Shown here: in pieces, positions 7,079 to 14,554 of the stretch | How the letters are laid out: each line of letters starts with the position of its first letter | Position numbering within the stretch: position 1 is the stretch's first letter | NCBI GenBank assembly: GCA_965198945.1 | Contig: CBDAQI010000001.1 | Location: 320,001 to 384,000, forward strand | Direction: 5' to 3' | Origin: Thermodesulfobacteriota bacterium | Lineage (GTDB): Bacteria > Desulfobacterota_D > UBA1144 > Nemesobacterales > Mycalebacteriaceae | Length of the DNA: 64,000 nt | Notes under the pieces: model-generated | What the model was told of the DNA's origin: nothing | The model's input: the letters and a program-made list of their open reading frames with translations, nothing else | The model's database searches: none | Made by a program: the position numbers and the translations under genes

Positions 7079-9007
7079 ATGTCTAAAATAACCGTCACAC
7101 ACAAAAACACCGCCGCCGAAATTGAATCCGGCGCAACGGTCCTGGCAGCTCTTTCCGCCGTTGGCGCGGAGAAATCGGCCATCGGCGCAACTGTCAACGG
7201 CAGCCTTATGGATTTGTCTCAAACCCTTGATGCGGACGCTTCCGTTGAGCCCGTAAAACAAAATTCCGCCGGAGGTCTCCCTCTTGTTCGCCACACAGCC
7301 GCACATGTTATGGCAGAAGCGGTTCAGGGACTTTTCCCGAAAGTGAAAGTAACAATCGGTCCCGTTATTGAAGACGGTTTTTATTATGATTTTGACGCGC
7401 CCGAACCGTTTACTCCCGAAGACCTTGAAAAAATAGAGAAGCGGATGGAAAAAATCGTTAAAGAAAACCGCCCGCTTGTGCGTAAAACCGTTTCGCGCTC
7501 GGAAGCCGTTAAAACTTTTTCCGATGTGGGAGAAGACTACAAAGTGGAAATTATCAAAGACCTGCCGGAAAATGAGGAAATAACAATTTACGACCAAGGG
7601 AAATGGTTTGATCTTTGCAGAGGCCCTCACGCGCCCTCAACCGGAGCGGTCAAGGCGTTCAAGCTGACGTCTTCAGCGGGGGCTTACTGGCGCGGAGTTG
7701 AAACCAACCCGATGCTTCAGCGCATATACGGAACGGCATTTTCTGACAGAAAGGACTTGAAAAAACACCTCGCCATGCTTGAGGAAGCGAAGAAAAGAGA
7801 CCACAGAAAACTCGGCAGAGAGCTTGATCTTTTCAGTATCAGAGACGATGTGGGACCGGGTCTTGTTCTGTGGCATCCAAAGGGCGCCCGCGTTCGCGGA
7901 ATCATTGAAGATTTCTGGCGCGCCGAGCATAGAAAGGCCGGTTATGACATTCTCTACACACCGCACCTTGCGCGGCTTGACCTCTGGAAAACAAGCGGAC
8001 ACACCGATTTCTATACTGAAAGCATGTTTTCACCCTCGCAGATTGACAACTCTGACTATCAGATAAAACCGATGAACTGCCCGTTTCATATTCTGGTTTA
8101 CAAGTCCACACTCAGAAGCTACAGAGATCTGCCTCTCAGATGGGCGGAGGTGGGAACCGTATACAGATACGAGCGCAGCGGCGTGCTTCACGGGCTTTTG
8201 AGAGTCAGGGGGTTTTCACAGGATGACGCGCATATATTCTGCCGCCCCGACCAGATAGGGGATGAAGTCGGAGGCGTTCTGGATTTGACTCTTATGTTTT
8301 TGAAGAGATTCGGGTTTGAAAATTTTGAAGTTTTTCTGTCAACAAAGCCCGACAAGTTTGTCGGAAGCGAAGAAGACTGGGAAGCTGCGACCGAAGCAAT
8401 GAAGTCTGCGCTTGCCGGAAAGAACCTTGATTACTCTGTTGATGAAAAAGGCGGAGCGTTCTACGGCCCGAAGATAGATCTCAAAATCAAAGATGTGCTC
8501 GGAAGGTCTTGGCAGTGTTCCACTGTTCAGTTAGACTTTAATCTCCCGAAAAGGTTTGACATGGCCTTTGTGGGTGAGGATAATTCCCGCCACACGCCGA
8601 TAATGATTCATCGTGCCATATTCGGTTCGTTTGAGAGATTTTTCGGTATTCTGGTTGAGCACTACGGCGGCGCTTTCCCGTTGTGGCTTAGTCCCTCGCA
8701 AGTGAGGGTGGCGACAGTCGGAGACAGTCATGCCGTTTACGCACAAAAAGTTGCGGATGCTTTGAGGGAAAAAGGTGTAAGGGTTGAGGAAGACTTCAGG
8801 AATGAAAAGCTTGGTTACAAGGTCAGAGAAGCACAGGTTATGAAAATACCGTATCTTCTTGTAATCGGGGAAAAAGAAGTTGAAAATTCAACGGTGGCGC
8901 CGAGAAAATATGGAAGTGAAAGTTTGAATTCGATGGGGATTGAAGGTTTTGTTGAGGTTTTGAACGCTGAGGGCGGCGTTTTTGCGGGCGGGGAGATTTC
9001 GTTATAA
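7079..9007 (+). CDS. thrS: Threonine--tRNA ligase
   Basis: RHTAAH, DLCRGPH, RDHRKLG, KPMNCP, YRYE.SG.LHGL.RVR, FYGPKID. Confidence 0.98.
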   Translation: MSKITVTHKNTAAEIESGATVLAALSAVGAEKSAIGATVNGSLMDLSQTLDADASVEPVKQNSAGGLPLVRHTAAHVMAEAVQGLFPKVKVTIGPVIEDGFYYDFDAPEPFTPEDLEKIEKRMEKIVKENRPLVRKTVSRSEAVKTFSDVGEDYKVEIIKDLPENEEITIYDQGKWFDLCRGPHAPSTGAVKAFKLTSSAGAYWRGVETNPMLQRIYGTAFSDRKDLKKHLAMLEEAKKRDHRKLGRELDLFSIRDDVGPGLVLWHPKGARVRGIIEDFWRAEHRKAGYDILYTPHLARLDLWKTSGHTDFYTESMFSPSQIDNSDYQIKPMNCPFHILVYKSTLRSYRDLPLRWAEVGTVYRYERSGVLHGLLRVRGFSQDDAHIFCRPDQIGDEVGGVLDLTLMFLKRFGFENFEVFLSTKPDKFVGSEEDWEAATEAMKSALAGKNLDYSVDEKGGAFYGPKIDLKIKDVLGRSWQCSTVQLDFNLPKRFDMAFVGEDNSRHTPIMIHRAIFGSFERFFGILVEHYGGAFPLWLSPSQVRVATVGDSHAVYAQKVADALREKGVRVEEDFRNEKLGYKVREAQVMKIPYLLVIGEKEVENSTVAPRKYGSESLNSMGIEGFVEVLNAEGGVFAGGEISL

Positions 9008-9624
9008 GAGGACCCAGGAAAAAACCGGAAAGACGGCCTCCCGCAACGCGCATAAACCGCAGAATAAGGGCTCCTCAGGTTAGGGTTATTGACGACGAGG
9101 GGGGGCAGCTTGGAATTATGCCGGTAGAGCAAGCTCTTGCAAGGGCGGAAGAGGCGGGTCTTGACCTGGTTGAAGTTGCCCCGGATTCCCAGCCGCCGGT
9201 TTGCAGGCTTACTGATTATGGAAAATACAAGTATTTGCAGAAGAAAAATTCACGTAAGCAGAAGCCGGGCCTGATAAAGGAGATTAAGCTGAGACCCCAC
9301 ATCGGACAGCACGATCTGGAAGTGAAACTTGGAAGGCTCAAGGGGTTTCTTGAAGACGGATGCAAAGCGAGATTGAGAGTTATGTTCAGAGGAAGAGAGT
9401 TTGTTCATCAAAACACCGGATTTGAGCTTATTGCCTCAATAGTGGAAAAAGTTTCCGACCTTGGCAAAGTGGACTCTCCGGCCAAACTTGAGGGCAGGCA
9501 TATAATAGCCGTTCTCTCTCCGGTCAAATCCCCGGTGGTGAAGAGTGTTCGGGGCGCCGGTGACGGCGGCAAAGAATTGGGAAAAAAGCCGGAAAATATA
9601 ACTGAAGACGGGGCACAGGCATGA
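9004..9624 (+). CDS. infC: Translation initiation factor IF-3, probable non-canonical ATA start
   Basis: Frame open upstream of ATG 9118 encoding the conserved RINRRIRAPQVRVID; GGAG SD at 8992-8995, 8 nt before ATA 9004; GLDLVEVAP, KEIKLRP; thrS-infC-rpmI-rplT synteny. Confidence 0.93.
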   Translation: MRGPRKKPERRPPATRINRRIRAPQVRVIDDEGGQLGIMPVEQALARAEEAGLDLVEVAPDSQPPVCRLTDYGKYKYLQKKNSRKQKPGLIKEIKLRPHIGQHDLEVKLGRLKGFLEDGCKARLRVMFRGREFVHQNTGFELIASIVEKVSDLGKVDSPAKLEGRHIIAVLSPVKSPVVKSVRGAGDGGKELGKKPENITEDGAQA

Positions 9625-9821
9625 AGAATAAAATCAAAACCAACAGGAGTGCCGCCAAGCGTTTTTCTTTCACCGCAAGCGGTAAGGTAAAAATGTCAAG
9701 AGGCGGAAAGTCACACCTCAATGTCAAAAAAAATGCCAAAAGGATGAGGCGACTCGGTTCCGAGCGGTATTTTGAAGGAACCGCGGCAAAAAGAATCTCC
9801 TCTTATGTTCCGGCCAAATAA
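9621..9821 (+). CDS. rpmI: 50S ribosomal protein L35
   Basis: KIKTNRSAAKRFSFTASGK; synteny. Confidence 0.96.
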   Translation: MKNKIKTNRSAAKRFSFTASGKVKMSRGGKSHLNVKKNAKRMRRLGSERYFEGTAAKRISSYVPAK

Positions 9822-9841
9822 GTTTTAACGAGGATTAAAAA

Positions 9842-10207
9842 ATGAGAGTAACACCTTCAGTGGCGTCCAGAAACAGACGCAAAAAGATTCTAAAACAGGC
9901 GAAAGGTTATTGGGGGCGCAGAAAAAACAACCTCAGAAAAGCCAAAGAAACTCTTCTGCGCGCCATGGCTTATTCCTACAGAGACAGGCGGAACAGAAAA
10001 AGAGATTTCAGAGCTCTTTGGATAACAAGAATAAACGCCGCGGTCAGGCCCTACGGTCTTTCCTACAGCCGTTTTATAGCGGAGCTGAAAAAATCCGGCA
10101 TTGATTTGGACAGGAAATCCCTTTCGGAACTTGCAATCAGAGACCCGCAGGCCTTTGAGCGGGTTGTCAAAACCGCAAGCGGTGAAGCGCAGTCTTTAAG
10201 TAACTAA
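9842..10207 (+). CDS. rplT: 50S ribosomal protein L20
   Basis: [30 protein letters not shown]. Confidence 0.98.
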   Translation: MRVTPSVASRNRRKKILKQAKGYWGRRKNNLRKAKETLLRAMAYSYRDRRNRKRDFRALWITRINAAVRPYGLSYSRFIAELKKSGIDLDRKSLSELAIRDPQAFERVVKTASGEAQSLSN

Positions 10208-10333
10208 ATAAACGGCGTGTCTGCCGTTCTTGCAGAGAGTTCATAAGCGGCTTTTTCTTGTCGCTTCCGACTACGATTGCTATAGTCTGCTTTGATGATA
10301 AAGACGAACAAAAAAGAGTAAAAGGAGAGGATA

Positions 10334-10636
10334 ATGCAGGAAGGCTTATCAAACGTGTTCGTGCTCAATCACGCTGATTTTATTATTATCATCCTAACTT
10401 TTCTATGTTTGTGTGTTAGCATATTAACGTTGATTGTGGTTGTAAAAACAATTGATTTGTGGAGGTTTATGCAACAGATAAGAGACGTTCATTTTAAAAG
10501 TCTAATAGATGAAGCAAAGAAAGAAATACAAGAATATGAGAAACAGCTTCAGGGAAAAAGGGGAAAAACTATGAGAGGCGGATCTCCTTATCATGTTAAA
10601 TCCGCACAAAGCGGAGAGAGAGTGAGTAATGATTGA
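10334..10636 (+). CDS. Hypothetical single-pass membrane protein
   Basis: Strong SD (AAGGAGAGG); hydrophobic FIIIILTFLCLCVSILTLIVVV then charged helical tail; overlaps the next gene. Confidence 0.7.
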   Translation: MQEGLSNVFVLNHADFIIIILTFLCLCVSILTLIVVVKTIDLWRFMQQIRDVHFKSLIDEAKKEIQEYEKQLQGKRGKTMRGGSPYHVKSAQSGERVSND

Positions 10637-11138
10637 AAAACTATCTCATGAACAAAAAAAGATTATAGAATCTTTTCATAAACGAGGGCTTCCAATTAAA
10701 ACCGCGCCCATCGCAAATGCATTTGGAATAGATGTGTTTTATACAGACTCATGGGAAAATGACACATCAGGAATGATAAGACGGATCAATGAAAACAAAT
10801 ATGAGATTTTTGTCAATAAGAAACATCCTCCAAATCGTAGACGATTCACGATTGCTCACGAACTTGCTCATTTTTTACTTCACACTGACTTGTTAGAAGA
10901 TGAAACATTTGAAGATCACCTGCTTCGTGCGGTGGGAAGCAGGTGGTCTAATGCAGCGGTAGAGTCAGAAGCAAATGCTTTGGCAGCAGATATTTTGATG
11001 CCTTGGAATCTGATAGAAAGAGAATACTCACGAGGCGCGAAAACTATAGAGTCCTTGTCAGAAAAGTTTGAAGTTTCTAAAGATGCAATGTCAGTAAGAG
11101 TGCTTGGAACTCATTATAGAAATCCAGATAAACCCTAG
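10629..11138 (+). CDS. ImmA/IrrE-family metallo-endopeptidase
   Basis: SGMI, IFVN, RRRFTIAHELAH (HExxH), ESEANALAADILMP, FEVS..AM..R. Confidence 0.92.
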   Translation: MIEKLSHEQKKIIESFHKRGLPIKTAPIANAFGIDVFYTDSWENDTSGMIRRINENKYEIFVNKKHPPNRRRFTIAHELAHFLLHTDLLEDETFEDHLLRAVGSRWSNAAVESEANALAADILMPWNLIEREYSRGAKTIESLSEKFEVSKDAMSVRVLGTHYRNPDKP

Positions 11139-11147
11139 CGGGCATGT

Positions 11148-11655
11148 TTATCTGTCAGCGGTTTGAATTTTCCTGTCAGACAGAGTTATGGTTCTAACTA
11201 CTGCTCCGGCGGGGATGATTCCCTCTTTTCCTTTATTCAAAAAAGCCAGCGGACACAACATAGTGCCTATTGCAACCGTTCCTCCAATTTCAGAGTCACC
11301 TTTTGTATTGAAAGCCTTTCAAAGGAATTTCAGTTCCATCAACAGCATTCGTATACTCCACATTGATTGTAAGCGCACCTGAAATCCCAGCCATTGCTGC
11401 GCCTTTTCGGTCTGAAACTCTGGCAACAACAGCAGTTCTGGCCTCAATAACAGTTATGCCGTCAACTTTGATATCACGCTCAACCTCAAGAAGAATCTGT
11501 TGACCTGCTTTCACTTCCTTTGAAGAAATACGCTGTGCTGTTTGAACTGGCACAATTGTAGAATCCCGCAAAACAAGTTCACGGGCAAATACACTCTCTG
11601 TGCTGAAAGCAAGCAAACATATTGTCGCTATCGTTATATAGTTTAGAAACTTCAT
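11148..11655 (-). pseudogene. Exported beta-rich protein, frameshifted near 11315
   Basis: SD GGAGG plus ATG 11655 and signal peptide MKFLNYITIATICLLAFSTESVFA. After GTEIPLKG another frame continues FNTKGDSEIGGTVAIGTMLCPLAFLNKGKEGIIPAG to TAA at 11148. Confidence 0.6.
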
Positions 11656-12216
11656 TTTCAATCCTCCCTTGATTTGAAGTTTTGATGGAAAACAAATTAT
11701 AAAAAAGCCAATTCCACCCAGAAATCCCGTAACTGCTCTGGTTAAGTTTATGCTCTGGTAACCAGTTGAGTTCTGCATAACAACATCTAAAACTGCCGGA
11801 AGTAGCAAAGTAGCCCCAAGCAGAGCGCGTGCGGTATATTTTTTAGGACGACTGACAAGCAAAGCGGCAACGGCAACACCCAAATATCCTAAAAGGCATC
11901 TTGAGCAAAGACCGCAGGGAAATCCAAAAATCCAAAAAGAACGGGATGGTAATTGATGGCATATAAAAGCAAACAATTTATAAAGAGATTCACCATTTGG
12001 AAACCCATTAACCGATTGCCGAATTGGTGCGGCAAGTGAAAGAACAACTAATAAAAAAGAAACAAGAAAAACAGTTATTCTCAAATTGAAGCCTCTTGAT
12101 ACACCATAGACGCCGGGTCTTGCTATGCCCTCAAACAGAGTTAACTGTTTCCGTAAGATAAACCGGTGCGGAATTCTATTCAAGAAATAGAAACATACCA
12201 TTAGGGGAGTTGTCAA
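11296..12216 (-). CDS. DUF2085-like membrane protein, read in frame into the downstream exported protein
   Basis: FICHQLPSRSF, CSRC.LGYLG, P..LD...Q and N..R..TG.LGG motifs in the N-terminal ~185 aa; start uncertain. Confidence 0.7.
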   Translation of the reverse strand: MTTPLMVCFYFLNRIPHRFILRKQLTLFEGIARPGVYGVSRGFNLRITVFLVSFLLVVLSLAAPIRQSVNGFPNGESLYKLFAFICHQLPSRSFWIFGFPCGLCSRCLLGYLGVAVAALLVSRPKKYTARALLGATLLLPAVLDVVMQNSTGYQSINLTRAVTGFLGGIGFFIICFPSKLQIKGGLKMKFLNYITIATICLLAFSTESVFARELVLRDSTIVPVQTAQRISSKEVKAGQQILLEVERDIKVDGITVIEARTAVVARVSDRKGAAMAGISGALTINVEYTNAVDGTEIPLKGFQYKR

Positions 12217-12268
12217 GTCAGTTTTGCGAAATCTTGTCTAACATAAAGTATATTAAGTCACTGTCTTT

Positions 12269-12943
12269 TTATTCAGCTTTCAGCCCCGCTTCATCCAGAT
12301 CCCATCTTATTGGGCAGTTTTCGCAGTCCGGCCTTTTTTTGTGACAAAACTCTTTCGCCGTTCGCACAATAAGCGCGTGATACTCGTTGAACAGCGCGGT
12401 TCTGCGCGGAAGGTTGTTTTCAAACAGTTTCTGAACCGTTTCATATGAGACTTTTTCATCCGTGAGCCCGTGCCTTGCGGTTATTCTTTTTGTATAGGCG
12501 TCAACAACAAAGGAGGGCTTGCGGGCGGCGTATAAAACTATGCTGTCCGCCGTCTCAGGGCCTATTCCCTCAATTTTCAGAAGGGTTTTTCTGAGTTTCA
12601 GTCTTTTTTCGGATAGAAGACCGCCGATGCTGCCTACGTAGTTATCAACCACAAACCGCGCGAAGATTTTCAGGCGTCTTGACTTCTGATTGAAATAGCC
12701 GGACGACTTTATCAGACGGGCGAGTTTCGCACGGGGTATTTTGTTAATGTTCGCGGGTGAAAGAGTCATTTCACTTTTAAGCAGCCGGATGGATTTTTCA
12801 ACATTTTTCCATGAGGTATTCTGTGTCAAAATGGCCCCGACTATGCATTCAAAGGGAGTTTCCGCGGGCCACCAGTTCTGCCCGCCGAAACGTTCAAACA
12901 TCGCGTCGTAGATTTTGAGAACCCTCTTTCCGTTTTTGCTCAT
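12269..12943 (-). CDS. Endonuclease III-like HhH-GPD DNA glycosylase
   Basis: WWPAETPFE, GAILTQNT, GIGPETADSI, FVVDAYT, 4Fe-4S motif C..K.P.C..CP. Confidence 0.92.
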   Translation of the reverse strand: MSKNGKRVLKIYDAMFERFGGQNWWPAETPFECIVGAILTQNTSWKNVEKSIRLLKSEMTLSPANINKIPRAKLARLIKSSGYFNQKSRRLKIFARFVVDNYVGSIGGLLSEKRLKLRKTLLKIEGIGPETADSIVLYAARKPSFVVDAYTKRITARHGLTDEKVSYETVQKLFENNLPRRTALFNEYHALIVRTAKEFCHKKRPDCENCPIRWDLDEAGLKAE

Positions 12944-13021
12944 AAGGCAAGAATATACGGCAAACCGCAGAGGGATTTTGTTGACAATTTCCCTTCGTAA
13001 TGTTTAATGATATGTCGTTCA

Positions 13022-14146
13022 ATGAACCATACCGCTCTCTATGAAATCCATGCCGCAAACGGGGCGAAAATGACTGAATTTGCAGGCTGGCGGATGCCTC
13101 TTTCTTATTCCGGGGTTCGGCGTGAGCACTGTGCCGTGCGCTCTTCGTGCGGCATTTTTGACGCGAGCCATATGGGGGAAATAGAGATAACCGGACCTGA
13201 AGCGGAGAGCCTCTGCCAGTGGCTTTTAACAAATGACGTGAGCCGGATGGGAGATATGCGTGTTCAATACAGCCTGCTCTGCAATGAAGAGGGCGGAATT
13301 GTGGATGACCTTATGGTCTACAGATTTTCCCGTGAAAGATTCATTCTCTGTGTTAACGCTTCCAATACCAAAAGGGATTTTGACCGGGCTCTTTCACAAT
13401 CGGAAAAGTTTTCCGCCCGTGTGACGGATATAAGCAGCCGAATTTCCCTTGTTTCCGTTCAGGGGCCCGGTTCACAAGGCGTTGTGAGCCGCGCAATGGA
13501 AGAGGACTTTGAGATACCGCAACGTTTTTCTTTCACAATTTTTGATTGCGGCGGACCCTCCTTTATCTCACGGACGGGCTATACAGGAGAAGACGGATTT
13601 GAAATTTTTGTTCCCTGGGATTCGGCTCCAGAAATCTGGCTCAAACTTGTTTCCACCGGTGAAGGTTCTGAAGTCTGTATGTGCGGCCTCGGTTCCAGAG
13701 ACACATTGCGGCTTGAAATGGGGTATTCGCTATACGGAAACGAGATATCTGAGGAAGTAAACCCTTTTGAGGCAAACCTCGGAAGGTATGTGAAAATGGA
13801 CAAAGGTGATTTTTGCGGCAGAGAATCTCTCGTGAGGGGTCTTGAGAACGGTGTGGAACGGTCTCTGTGCGGACTTGAAATGGTTGAGCCCGGCATTCCG
13901 CGCAATTCATACAAGGTTTTTTCGGGCGAAACTGAAGTGGGTCGGGTTACAAGCGGAACCATGTCTCCGAGTCTGGAAAAACCCGTCGGTCTTGCTTTTA
14001 TAAGCTCTTCGGCGCTTGATAACGCGCGGCGCGACGGTGTGCAAGTGCAAATCAGAAACGGCCGCAGGAAGGCCGAGATTACCGATGTGCCTTTCTATGT
14101 AAAATCTTCGAACCGGGTCGGCCGGAAAATGGAGAAGCAGGCATGA
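13022..14146 (+). CDS. gcvT: Glycine cleavage system aminomethyltransferase T
   Basis: FAGW.MP, FDASHMGE, SRTGYTGEDGFE, RDTLRLE, VTSG.MSP. Confidence 0.96.
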   Translation: MNHTALYEIHAANGAKMTEFAGWRMPLSYSGVRREHCAVRSSCGIFDASHMGEIEITGPEAESLCQWLLTNDVSRMGDMRVQYSLLCNEEGGIVDDLMVYRFSRERFILCVNASNTKRDFDRALSQSEKFSARVTDISSRISLVSVQGPGSQGVVSRAMEEDFEIPQRFSFTIFDCGGPSFISRTGYTGEDGFEIFVPWDSAPEIWLKLVSTGEGSEVCMCGLGSRDTLRLEMGYSLYGNEISEEVNPFEANLGRYVKMDKGDFCGRESLVRGLENGVERSLCGLEMVEPGIPRNSYKVFSGETEVGRVTSGTMSPSLEKPVGLAFISSSALDNARRDGVQVQIRNGRRKAEITDVPFYVKSSNRVGRKMEKQA

Positions 14147-14529
14147 GCGTTCCGGGTAATTTGAGATATACCGAAGAACACGAGTGGGCCCTGCTTGACG
14201 GTGACACTGTAACGGTGGGCATAACGGACTACGCGCAGGACGCCATAGGCGAGATAGTTTTTGTGGAAGCTCCCTCAGAGGGCGATTCTTTCCGCAAGGG
14301 GGAAATTTTCGGCGCCGTGGAGTCCACAAAATCGGTTTCAGATCTTTTCTGCCCGGTTGATGGCAATGTTGTTGAGATAAACGAAGTTCTGATTGACTCT
14401 TCCGGTGTCATAAACACCTCTCCCTACGGTGATGGTTGGCTTATTAAGCTGTTCGTGGAAGACTCTTCCTCCTTTGAGGAACTGATGGACGCCGCGGCTT
14501 ATAAAAAATTTCTGGAGACCGGAGAGTAG
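14143..14529 (+). CDS. gcvH: Glycine cleavage system protein H
   Basis: YTEEHEW, GITDYAQ, VESTK (lipoyl lysine), PYGDGW. Confidence 0.97.
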   Translation: MSVPGNLRYTEEHEWALLDGDTVTVGITDYAQDAIGEIVFVEAPSEGDSFRKGEIFGAVESTKSVSDLFCPVDGNVVEINEVLIDSSGVINTSPYGDGWLIKLFVEDSSSFEELMDAAAYKKFLETGE

Positions 14530-14554
14530 GGCATTTCCGCCGGGGTTTTTCATT

